The notes below the pieces were generated by a model that did not search any database, was not told the origin of the DNA, and worked only from the letters and a program-made list of their open reading frames with translations. This document shows positions 11,092 through 19,874 of a DNA stretch of 64,000 nt, in pieces. The stretch spans positions 1 to 64,000 of the forward strand of contig JBCCHT010000057.1 in assembly GCA_039028615.1 (NCBI GenBank). The letters run 5' to 3'. The DNA comes from Myxococcota bacterium. Lineage in GTDB: Bacteria > Myxococcota_A > Polyangia > Nannocystales > Nannocystaceae. Every line of letters starts with the position of its first letter. Position 1 is the stretch's first letter. The position numbers were made by a program, and so were the translations under genes.

Positions 11092-12354
11092 TCAGGGTGT
11101 GGCCGCGCTTCGAGCTGCCCAACGAGGCTCGGGCGGCAGTGCGCGATCTGGCGCAGGGTCGTCGGTGCACTGGGCGGCGACGGGCGGGGGCTCGGCCACG
11201 GGTGCGGATTCTCCGGGGCTGAGGGCTCCCACGACTCCGGCCACCGCCAATCCCGCCAGCAAGGTCATCGAGCGCCAAGGCGCCGAGCGTCGGAGGCAGG
11301 CCTCGAGCGCGCCGAGCAGCTCTTCCATGTCGCGGAAGCGGCTATGCGACTCGATGGACAGGCCCTTCTTGAGCACGCGGTAGAGCCGAGTCGGCACGCC
11401 GCGTCGGGGGCCCACCACACGACCGCGGACGAGGGAGCGCTGCAGCGAAGGCAGGTCGTTGCCCGGGTAGGGCCGACGGCCGTAGAGCGCCTCGAACAGG
11501 GCAACGCAGAAGCTGAACTGATCGCTCGTGGGGCGGACGGAGCCGCCGTCGAACTGCTCGGGCGCCATATAGGCGGGGGTGCCGAGCACGGCCCCGGTGC
11601 AGGTGAGATCGACCCCGACCGACGTGCCGTCGTCGTCGAGGGTGGGCAGGAACTCGCCCATGCCCGTGCTGCGCGCGAGACCGAAGTCCACCACCCGCGC
11701 CTGACCCTGCTCGTCGATCAGCACGTTGTCGGGCTTGAAGTCACGGTGGACGAGGCCAGCGTGGTGCGCCGCCGCGAGGCCGCGACCGGCCTGCGTGAAG
11801 ACCTCGACGATCTCCCGCCAGCTGCGAGGCCGAGCCCGAAGCCAGCGCTTGACCGTGCGGCCCTCGACCAGCTCCATCGCGATGAACAACACGTCGTCGT
11901 TCGCCCGACCCACCTCGTAGACCATGGTCACGTGGGGGTGACGAAGACAGGCGAGGGCTTGCGCCTCGCGAAGCATCCGCGAGCGCGCGTGGAGACCTCG
12001 TCGCGCCGCCACGTCGGGGCGCAGGACCTTGAGGGCACAGCGGCGGTCGAGGTCGGGATCGTAGGCCTCGTAGACGACGCCCATCGCCCCGCTGCCGAGC
12101 CGCCGCAGCAACTGGAAGCGCCCGAGCGTGGGACGCTTGGGGGGGTTGGCACCGAACAGCTGCTCCTCGACGTTGGCCAGCATGACCGCTGCGTCGGGGC
12201 TGCGAGGAGCCGGACTACGATGCGGGACCAGGGCCTCGCGTCGCGTCTGCTCCCACGTCTCGACCGTCTCCGCTCCGGTGGAGCTGGTCAGCGAGACTGT
12301 CGTGGTGCTTTCCACATTCACAGCATAACTCCTAAAACTAATCTGAGTCAACAC
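11092..12354 (-). CDS. Hanks-type Ser/Thr protein kinase with one TM helix and a short tail
   Basis: LGSGAMGVVY, ALKVL, HRDFKPDN, DFGLA, GTPAYMAPE; start uncertain. Confidence 0.93.
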   Translation of the reverse strand: MLTQISFRSYAVNVESTTTVSLTSSTGAETVETWEQTRREALVPHRSPAPRSPDAAVMLANVEEQLFGANPPKRPTLGRFQLLRRLGSGAMGVVYEAYDPDLDRRCALKVLRPDVAARRGLHARSRMLREAQALACLRHPHVTMVYEVGRANDDVLFIAMELVEGRTVKRWLRARPRSWREIVEVFTQAGRGLAAAHHAGLVHRDFKPDNVLIDEQGQARVVDFGLARSTGMGEFLPTLDDDGTSVGVDLTCTGAVLGTPAYMAPEQFDGGSVRPTSDQFSFCVALFEALYGRRPYPGNDLPSLQRSLVRGRVVGPRRGVPTRLYRVLKKGLSIESHSRFRDMEELLGALEACLRRSAPWRSMTLLAGLAVAGVVGALSPGESAPVAEPPPVAAQCTDDPAPDRALPPEPRWAARSAATP

Positions 12355-12607
12355 ACAAAGCGAACGTAGTTTGCAAGGGTGCCGTTGCTTGCAGGGCTCG
12401 CGATGGGTTGGGCAGGAGCATGGTCGGAGGAAGGGAGAGGTGGGAGCGGCGGCGGGTCACTGGAACAACGGCGCGGGCGCCAGCTCCCTACACCTCTAGT
12501 TTCGCCCGAATGTGGTTTTCATTACACATGCTGGGCACTCTAAAGTTTAGACACGGAGCGGAGCCGAGCGGTTGCCGGGGGCGGGCGGACAGACGTACGC
12601 CTAGACC

Positions 12608-13219
12608 ATGGTCGGATCTGACAACGAATCGCGTGCGCTCGCCCCGCGGGAGGAATCGAAGCCGGCCACGACCGACGCCTACGAGCGCGAATACATGAAG
12701 GGGCAAGGGATGGTGCTGCACCGCGCGAAGCAGCGAACACCCTGGCCGATGGGCGCGTTGATGGGGGTGATCTCCCTGTTGCCGTTGATCCCAGTGGTAG
12801 CCGGACAAACCGGCGCCTGGATTGCGGCGGCGTTCACTTTGCCGATCATGTTCGCGATCTGGATGCTCTTCGCCGTGCTCCGCGTCACGGTGTCGGAGGG
12901 CAGCGTCGACATCCAGTACGGACTCTTTGGGCCTAGCATTCCAACCCGGGCGATCGAGTCGGCGGAGGCCACGACCTACAGCTGGGCCAAGTTCGGCGGC
13001 TGGGGCATCCGCCGCGGGCGGGACGGCGAGTGGATCTACAACATGCCCGGCGACGAGGGCCGGGCGGTGCGGGTGGTCTGGCGCGACGAAAAAGGCCGAC
13101 GCAAGGTCACCTTGATCGGCTCGAAGGACCACCTCGCGCTGGCGGAGGCGATCGGCAAGGCCCGGAACGCACTGCCGCCGGCCGACGACGCCGAAGCGCT
13201 GCCACCGGCCGGCGACTGA
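12608..13219 (+). CDS. Hypothetical membrane protein (2 TM plus bacterial PH-like domain)
   Basis: Two hydrophobic helices followed by an FGGWGIR motif. Confidence 0.8.
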   Translation: MVGSDNESRALAPREESKPATTDAYEREYMKGQGMVLHRAKQRTPWPMGALMGVISLLPLIPVVAGQTGAWIAAAFTLPIMFAIWMLFAVLRVTVSEGSVDIQYGLFGPSIPTRAIESAEATTYSWAKFGGWGIRRGRDGEWIYNMPGDEGRAVRVVWRDEKGRRKVTLIGSKDHLALAEAIGKARNALPPADDAEALPPAGD

Positions 13220-13246
13220 CTGCGACCCGAGCGATCGCGGAGGACT

Positions 13247-14587
13247 TTAGGGAGTCGACAGCACGATGGTGACCAGCTCATCGTCTTGCGAGCCGACCAC
13301 GACGTCCATGATCCCGTCGAGGTTCGCATCGCCCAGGGCCAGCGAGTCGACGGCGCTGCCGATGGTGATGTCGACGCGGTCACCGAAGGTGCCGTCGCCG
13401 AGGCTCGGGAACACGCTCAGCACCGCGGCGTCGCTATGCGACACGATGAGGTCGTCGAGGCCGTCGTTGGTCACGTCGGTGCTCTCGACGTAGTTGGCGT
13501 AGCCGGCGGTGTCGAGCATGACCGCGCCCTCGAAGCCGGCCGCGCCCGTGCCGAGCATGACGAGCACGTCGATGCCGTTGGCCACCGCGAGGTCGTCGTC
13601 GCCGTCGCCGTCGAAGTCACCCACGCCCAGGCCGAGCGCGTCGGTGGAGGCCACGCTGATGTCGAGCTCGCTGCCGAGGCTGCCCGTGCCGTCGCCCAGG
13701 CGCATGCGCAGCTGATCGCTGTCGCTCTGCACGGTGTAGACCACGTCGGGCGTGTCGTCGCCGCTGAAGTCACCGATGGCGATCTCGCGGCCGAAGTCAC
13801 CGATGCTCAGCGAGTCCTCGTGGGTGAGCGAGCCGGCCCCGTTGGCGAGGAAGATCCGCACGTCGCTGCCCGCCCCGCTGATGCTCACCACGTCGTCGAC
13901 GTCGTTGTCATCGAGGTCGGCCACCGCCAAGGCCCGCGGATCGCCGCCGCTGAACAAGGGGAGATTCTGCAGGGCGAAGCTGCTGGCGCCGTTGCTGAGC
14001 GCTACGTCGAGTTGCTCGGTGAAGGGCTCGAGCAGCACGAGGTCGGGGATGTCGTCGCCGTCGAGATCGGCGGCTTCCATCTGCTGAGCGAACACGGTCT
14101 CGTCGGGCAGCTCCACGCCGAAGTCGCCGTCGCCCGTGCCCAGGCGCACCACGATCTGATCGGTGATGAGATAGACCAGGTCGACGTTGCCGTCGTCGTT
14201 GGTGTCGAGCAGCCGGGGCGAGTACACGACGTCGCCGGCCGACAGCGCCATGGCATCGTCGAAGCAAATCTCGCCTTCGACCGGGATGCCGTCGCCACAC
14301 TCGGGCTCGACGGGGTCTCCCGAGGAGCCCTCTTCCTCGGTGGCCGAACCGGAAGAATCGGCGTCGGCAGAATCTGCGGTATCGGTTCCGGCAGATGTTT
14401 CCTCTGCGGCAGTATCCGCAGTGGTGGTGGGGTCATCCGCGGCGTCGGTCGCTTGTCCTTCCGACGTCGATGCACCGTCCGTATCGCCTGTGCTGGCGTC
14501 GTCGGTGGTACCGGCGTTCCCCGGATCGAAGCAGGCGGGCAACAAGGCGAGAGCGGCCAGGGCCCACGAGGTAGAGCGGAAATCCAT
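13247..14587 (-). CDS. FG-GAP/VCBS-repeat lipoprotein
   Basis: Lipobox LPAC; T/S/D-rich linker; CGDG motif; about 7 repeats of D[LF]xGDxxxD[LV]. Confidence 0.9.
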   Translation of the reverse strand: MDFRSTSWALAALALLPACFDPGNAGTTDDASTGDTDGASTSEGQATDAADDPTTTADTAAEETSAGTDTADSADADSSGSATEEEGSSGDPVEPECGDGIPVEGEICFDDAMALSAGDVVYSPRLLDTNDDGNVDLVYLITDQIVVRLGTGDGDFGVELPDETVFAQQMEAADLDGDDIPDLVLLEPFTEQLDVALSNGASSFALQNLPLFSGGDPRALAVADLDDNDVDDVVSISGAGSDVRIFLANGAGSLTHEDSLSIGDFGREIAIGDFSGDDTPDVVYTVQSDSDQLRMRLGDGTGSLGSELDISVASTDALGLGVGDFDGDGDDDLAVANGIDVLVMLGTGAAGFEGAVMLDTAGYANYVESTDVTNDGLDDLIVSHSDAAVLSVFPSLGDGTFGDRVDITIGSAVDSLALGDANLDGIMDVVVGSQDDELVTIVLSTP

Positions 14588-14972
14588 GGCCGGAATGTAG
14601 CGCTGCAAGGTCGACGTGCACGGGTCTTCGACGGCGATGCAACCGGGTGTTCCGCGGCTCTCGGACGCACCCTACGGGTAGGTGCAACGATGCTTGCCGC
14701 CTGCGATCTCGCGGCGCACGAACTCGACCGTGACGACGGAATGCGGCTGCGGCCGAGCCCGGGTACCCATGCGACGACGGTTGGCGATTCTCCGCGTCGC
14801 TCGACGAACACCGTCGTCGTCGATCGAAATTCTCGGGAGTGGCAACTGTTGTTTGCCACGATTTCTCTGCGTCTCGTGGCCGGTCTCACGATGCAACGCG
14901 GTCGCCCAACGAGACGCCGCGGCTCCCACCGCAGTACCCGCAGCCGGGCTCCCCCCTACGGGCTCGATTTCG

Positions 14973-16553
14973 TCAGTCGTCGAGCGCCCCGGCGGCGATC
15001 CACTCCCGCACCATCGCGACGAGCGAAGGCTCGAGCAGAAACGGCGCGTTCGAGGGCATATGCGTCACCGGGGTGCCGGCATCGTCCACCGGATCGCATT
15101 TCGCCATCTTCTGAAACAGCCAACTTTGTTCCGGTGCGCCCGGGTTCACCAAGGGCATCGCCGTCTCGTTGCTCACCGCGTGGCCGAGCAGCTCGGCGTG
15201 GAGATCGGCCGCGTCGAGGTCGAGACCGCCCGCTTGCCCACCCGAGCCATGGCACGAGGAAAAGCCACACGCGGGGAAGACGTGGTCTCGCAGGTTGGAC
15301 AGGGTCGGTGCCCACCCGGGTGCGACTTCGGCCGAGGCATCGACACACTCGGGCACGGGCGGCAGGCCCTGGTCGTCGGGATCGACGGGCGGCAGATAGA
15401 GGTCACCGTCGAGCTCCGCCTGGCTCGGGGGACCCTGCTCGGGCAGCGGCGCCGCAGTGAGCGTGAGGCAGTTGCTCTCGAAGCGCAGGATTCCGCCTTC
15501 GTTGCCGACCACCTCGCCGTTGTCGGCCGCGGCCTGGCTGATGACGGCTGCATCGGCGAACCCGAACGCGATGCACATCTCGTTGATCCCGATCCCATAG
15601 TTGATGGTCTGGTCGGTCCAGTTGTCGAAGCCACAGGTCAGGCGAATGCCCTGTGCGTCCCCGAGCAAGACCGGAGGGTCGAGACGCAGGCCGGCCGGCG
15701 ACGCATCGAAGCCGGAGATCTCGTGCAGCGCCTCGCCATCGCGACTGCCCCCGAGCAGCTCGAGCCGGAAGTAGTTCCCCAGGTAGTGATAGTGGGGAAG
15801 GATCCAGTGGAAGGCAAAGGGTGCCCCGCCCACCTGCACCTTGGACGCGAACTGATCGCACTGGGCCGTCACCCGGGACTCCGACATCGGAGGCAGCTGC
15901 AGGTCGGTGTACTGGATCGCGAAGGGCGTCAGCACGACATCGACATCGCGCGGGTGCACCAGTTCGAGGCTCGCGCGGAGCGAGGCCTCGGCTTCGTGGG
16001 CGGTGAGGTTGAGCAGGTGGAGCTCGGCCACCACTTTGTAGCCGGCCGGGATCTTGACCACCGCGCCTTCGTTGAAGCGCTGCTCCTCGACCCACGACTG
16101 TGTGGACTGAGCAAAGAGCACCGTGCCCAGCGTCGACGCTTGCAGCGTATTGAAGCCGCGCTCGCTGCAGTTCCACACCCCGTCGGGGCCCTCGAATACG
16201 TCCTCGGGAACCACGAACCCGTTGGAGTGATGGAAGCCGCCGTCGTTGGCCAAGGTCACCGCCTGCACGTACAGCGGCTGCTCGTTGTCCAGCGTCCACG
16301 ACACGCAGGGCTGCGTCTCCTCGAAGGGATCGAGCACCGCAGGCGGGAACTGATGGGTGATGATGGCCGTCTCGGGCGGGGGCTCGGTGGTCTCCGTGTC
16401 CGTCTCGAGTTCACCCGTGGTGCTGCTGCTCGACGAGGCCTCGGGTGGAGTGGAAGGGCCCTCGGTACCCGCCTCCGTGTCGACCCCAGGCGAGGACGAT
16501 CGGCACGCGAGCGAGACGACCCCCAGCCCTACGATTGCCCATCGCCATTCCAT
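14973..16553 (-). CDS. Lipoprotein: copper type II (PHM/DBH-like) monooxygenase domain plus C-terminal cytochrome c-like domain
   Basis: Lipobox SLAC; FHHS, ELHLLN, PHYHYLG and NEMC; then CGFSSCH...HMP...WIAAGA. Confidence 0.75.
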   Translation of the reverse strand: MEWRWAIVGLGVVSLACRSSSPGVDTEAGTEGPSTPPEASSSSSTTGELETDTETTEPPPETAIITHQFPPAVLDPFEETQPCVSWTLDNEQPLYVQAVTLANDGGFHHSNGFVVPEDVFEGPDGVWNCSERGFNTLQASTLGTVLFAQSTQSWVEEQRFNEGAVVKIPAGYKVVAELHLLNLTAHEAEASLRASLELVHPRDVDVVLTPFAIQYTDLQLPPMSESRVTAQCDQFASKVQVGGAPFAFHWILPHYHYLGNYFRLELLGGSRDGEALHEISGFDASPAGLRLDPPVLLGDAQGIRLTCGFDNWTDQTINYGIGINEMCIAFGFADAAVISQAAADNGEVVGNEGGILRFESNCLTLTAAPLPEQGPPSQAELDGDLYLPPVDPDDQGLPPVPECVDASAEVAPGWAPTLSNLRDHVFPACGFSSCHGSGGQAGGLDLDAADLHAELLGHAVSNETAMPLVNPGAPEQSWLFQKMAKCDPVDDAGTPVTHMPSNAPFLLEPSLVAMVREWIAAGALDD

Positions 16554-16831
16554 TACGACCCCATCATACCCCGCGGTCGAGCCGAGAGGTCCGGCCCGCG
16601 GACCAGCGCACGGGACCCGCTCGCGGCGGCATCGACACCCGGCGGAGGCGTGGCTCCGTGGCGACCCAGCGCAATAAACGCCCGTGCCCGCGGGCGGCAA
16701 AAGGTTTCACCGATCCGAGGTGAGAAAGGAGGCCGCATTAAGTGGGAAAAAATCGTCGAAAGGCGGCAATGAATCTCGGCCGACGGAGGTCTCCATGCAC
16801 GCCAACCGCAAACGAACAGGAACTCGCCGCC

Positions 16832-16936
16832 ATGCTGCCCTTCAACATCGCCCGCACCCTCGCCACCGCCATCGCCAACCTCGTGGGTTACCCCCCCGCG
16901 CTGAGCGAGGACCTCCGCGGTCGCCTTCTTCGCTAG
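16832..16936 (+). CDS. Putative 34-aa small protein (MLPFNIARTLATAIANLVGYPPALSEDLRGRLLR)
   Basis: Nearly all codons end in G/C; AGGA upstream; terminator-like hairpin downstream. Confidence 0.5.
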   Translation: MLPFNIARTLATAIANLVGYPPALSEDLRGRLLR

Positions 16937-16962
16937 TTCCTTTTTCGTTCCCCCAACGCCGC

Positions 16963-17010
16963 CGCGGCGCTTCGTCGAGTTCATTCTCGACGGGCGCCGC
17001 GTTCGTCTTT
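16963..17010 (+). terminator. Probable intrinsic terminator after the small ORF
   Basis: CGCGGCGCTTCGTCGAG-TTCATT-CTCGACGGGCGCCGCG followed by TTCGTCTTT. Confidence 0.55.
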
Positions 17011-17202
17011 GGTTGGTCGCACATCCACGCAGACCGAGCCCACGACGCCGGTCCCGCCGAGCGCGGCGAATGTTTCCAGTAATGTTTTGACGATTGGAGT
17101 CAACTAAGGAGGTGTTCGGCCGTGACATGAGGGACGGCGCCTCATCGCTCGCCTTCGTCCACATCCATGGGACTGGCTTGATCCGATTCGGTATCGCGTG
17201 AC

Positions 17203-18462
17203 TTGGTTTTCCATCGACTCTGCCACCGAGGGCGGGCGTCACGGCCGAACAACTCGAACCTCGAAGAGACCCATCGTTTGAGCGCACGACTCCGATTGGC
17301 CCGCGCCATCACTCGCTCCGTGGCTTCCTTCGCGCTGCTGGCCGCGTGGCCCACCGTCGCGAACGCGGCCGCACCCGGCCCGGCTCTCGCCGCGACCGTG
17401 GCGTCACTGAGCCTGGGGGGCGAATCCGAGATCCCTCTGCAGCGCCCGATCGGGATGGAGGCGGCGACGCTCGATGCCGCGCCGCACTCGCCGACGTCTT
17501 CGCCCGCGCCTGCACCCGCGGCCGCGGCCCCGACGGCGGCTTCACCCGCGGCACCGCCGAATCCGAGCACCGCCCCGGCGTCGCCACCCTCGAGTTCGGG
17601 CCGCCCCACCTCCTCCCCGGCGCCCGCCTCGGCCCAGGTTCAGCCGCAGCCGCAGCCGCGACCGGTGCCCAAGCCCAGCCCGCGTGATGCCGAGGCCGCT
17701 TCGGACCCGGGCTCGTCCTCGCCGCAGGCCACGTCGGCCGCCGAGGGAGACGATCGCGAACAGTTCCCCCATGCGGGCACGGTGCTCGACTTCCGCCTCG
17801 GAACCCTCGGCTGCATCGGCGCCTTCTGCCGCGACAACGGCCACGACGTCAGCCCGGGCATCCGCTTGGGCGGGTTCCTCGGCGGCAACATCCGCGGATG
17901 GTTCGAGATGGGCCTGGGCGGGGCATGGGGCACGATGAACCCCAACGTCACCCCGGGCACCAACGCGCTGGTGCTCTACGGCCTCGACCCGGGGATCCTC
18001 CAGCAAGCGCTCGCGGCCCAGGCCGCAGGCATCCTCAACGTCGACCTCGCCGGGCTCGCGGTGCAGGACGCCCAGCTGCGCGATCTCCAGGTCGGCCCCT
18101 CCATGCGGGTCCACCTCGTGCCCCGCGGGCGCTTCGACGCGTTCATCGGGGCGGGCGTCGGCTACCACCGCCTGCGCTCGCAGTACGAGACCGGGGTCGG
18201 CAACGTCCGTCTCGACTTCCACGGCATCGACGTTCCGGTCGAGGCCAACGTCAGCGTCTACGTGCTCCGCAACCTCGCGGTGGGCGTGCAGTTCGACTAC
18301 ATGTGGACCTGGTACGGGCTCGCGGTGCTCGACCACCCCGAGCAGCGACTGGCCATGCCCATGGGCGTGCTCCAGGCCGCGGCGGCCCAACAAGGGGTCG
18401 ACCTGCGAGGACAGCTGCCCCAACTGTGGACGGTGGGCCTCGCGCTACGCGGCCGCCTGTGA
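17203..18462 (+). CDS. Secreted protein with Pro/Ala-rich N-terminus and probable C-terminal outer-membrane beta-barrel
   Basis: Signal-like FALLAAWPTVANA; alternating beta-strand pattern; ends WTVGLALRGRL; start uncertain (TTG 17278 possible). Confidence 0.7.
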   Translation: MVFHRLCHRGRASRPNNSNLEETHRLSARLRLARAITRSVASFALLAAWPTVANAAAPGPALAATVASLSLGGESEIPLQRPIGMEAATLDAAPHSPTSSPAPAPAAAAPTAASPAAPPNPSTAPASPPSSSGRPTSSPAPASAQVQPQPQPRPVPKPSPRDAEAASDPGSSSPQATSAAEGDDREQFPHAGTVLDFRLGTLGCIGAFCRDNGHDVSPGIRLGGFLGGNIRGWFEMGLGGAWGTMNPNVTPGTNALVLYGLDPGILQQALAAQAAGILNVDLAGLAVQDAQLRDLQVGPSMRVHLVPRGRFDAFIGAGVGYHRLRSQYETGVGNVRLDFHGIDVPVEANVSVYVLRNLAVGVQFDYMWTWYGLAVLDHPEQRLAMPMGVLQAAAAQQGVDLRGQLPQLWTVGLALRGRL

Positions 18463-18739
18463 GGACACTCGTGTCCCGGAGCCGGGCGCGGGCCGGGACC
18501 GAGCGGGCGGGCTCCGGCGGCGGAACGGCGCCCAGACCGTCGCCACGTGCACTGCACGGGTACTTGACCGCACTTGGCTCCGGCCCGGCCATCGCGCGCC
18601 GAGGCCTCGGATCCCCGCTCCCGTGGCGTCCAACGGCCATTGATCGCCGCTGGGGGTGAAAACCAGGCGGTCCCCGTGCGTTTGACGTTCGGCGCGAGCC
18701 CATCCTAGAGTCCGCGCGCCGCGTCCAGGAGCACGAATT

Positions 18740-19702
18740 ATGAAGCGATTCCTCTTCAGCATGGGCTTGCTGAGCACCCTCGCCCTCGGGGCCTGTGAGC
18801 CCAATGGCAATTCCGGGTTCAACATCCCGACCGTCAAAGAACTCGAGCCAGGCGGTGTGTACGTGTCCTACGTGCACGGCTGCGACAAGGGCTGTGACCA
18901 GGTCGAAAAGGGTGACCTGATCAAGAAGATCGACGGCAAGGACGTCGCCACCGGCGAGGACTTCGACAAGGTCGACATCATGGACGGCAAGCCGCACTCG
19001 CTCGACATCGTCAGCAAGGACGGCGCGAGCAAGAAGGTCGAGCTGGTCGCCCAGCCCAAGACCGACATGCCGCCGCTGGAGAACGTCCCCCCGATGTGGA
19101 CCTCGGGCGCGGCCCGTCTCAACCAGACCCCCGAGTGGGCGCGCCGCCGCATGTTCGGCCACGCCAGCCCCTCGGTGATGCTGGTGAGCGTGGACGGTGG
19201 CATCCTCGACGGACGCCAGCTCTACGGCAAGAAGCGCCTGGTCGTGTACTGGGACCGTGGTGACCGCGAGGAGCAGGCGGCCGCCGTCTCGTTCCTCCAG
19301 GTGCTGCAGAAGGCCCAGGCCGACCTCGCCGCCAAGGGCGTCGAGGTCATGTACGTGCAGGTCCGCTTCCCCACCGGTCGCCAGGTCGAGATGAACGACA
19401 GCGACCTGCGTGCCTTCCAGGAGAAGTGGTCGGTCAAGTCCGGTGGCAAGAGCATGCCGAAGCTGCCGATGTACCGCTTCCCCAACAAGACCGAGTTCAA
19501 CCCCGCCCGCGAGCTGGGCATGGAGAACGCGTACACCGTGTTCGAGAACCTCGGCGAGGCCCCGGCCATCCTCCTGCTCGACGAGCGCGGTATCGTCCGC
19601 TGGCACTCCGAGGGGCTCCAGCAGCCCGGCTCGGGCGGCGTGTCCGACCCGGCGCAGTACACCATCATCGAGGCCGTGAAGTTCTCGCTGGAGAAGCTCT
19701 AG
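18740..19702 (+). CDS. Lipoprotein with PDZ-like and thioredoxin/redoxin-like domains
   Basis: Lipobox LGAC; VEKGDLIKKIDGKDV (PDZ-like); PAILLLDERGIVRW (redoxin C-terminus) without CxxC in that domain. Confidence 0.75.
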   Translation: MKRFLFSMGLLSTLALGACEPNGNSGFNIPTVKELEPGGVYVSYVHGCDKGCDQVEKGDLIKKIDGKDVATGEDFDKVDIMDGKPHSLDIVSKDGASKKVELVAQPKTDMPPLENVPPMWTSGAARLNQTPEWARRRMFGHASPSVMLVSVDGGILDGRQLYGKKRLVVYWDRGDREEQAAAVSFLQVLQKAQADLAAKGVEVMYVQVRFPTGRQVEMNDSDLRAFQEKWSVKSGGKSMPKLPMYRFPNKTEFNPARELGMENAYTVFENLGEAPAILLLDERGIVRWHSEGLQQPGSGGVSDPAQYTIIEAVKFSLEKL

Positions 19703-19732
19703 CGAAGCGCCCGTAAGGGCCTCGACGAAACG

Positions 19733-19775
19733 AAGCGCGTCATCCCCCTCGGGATGACGCGCTTTTGCTTTGGTT
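19733..19775 (+). terminator. Rho-independent terminator between convergent genes
   Basis: Perfect 14-bp stem AAGCGCGTCATCCC/GGGATGACGCGCTT followed by a T-rich tract. Confidence 0.85.
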
Positions 19776-19874
19776 TCAGCCGACCTACGACAGGTCGTCG
19801 TCTCGGTGGCGATCCCTTCGCAGGCACGCCCTCTGGGAACGGACTGGCCGCAAAAACGCGAGGAACGAGTGCCG

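Noticed and set aside
11092..12354. Kinase as a truncated pseudogene missing a C-terminal sensor domain
   Set aside because: All catalytic motifs and the TM helix are intact and no downstream remnant is visible, so there is no evidence of a lesion.
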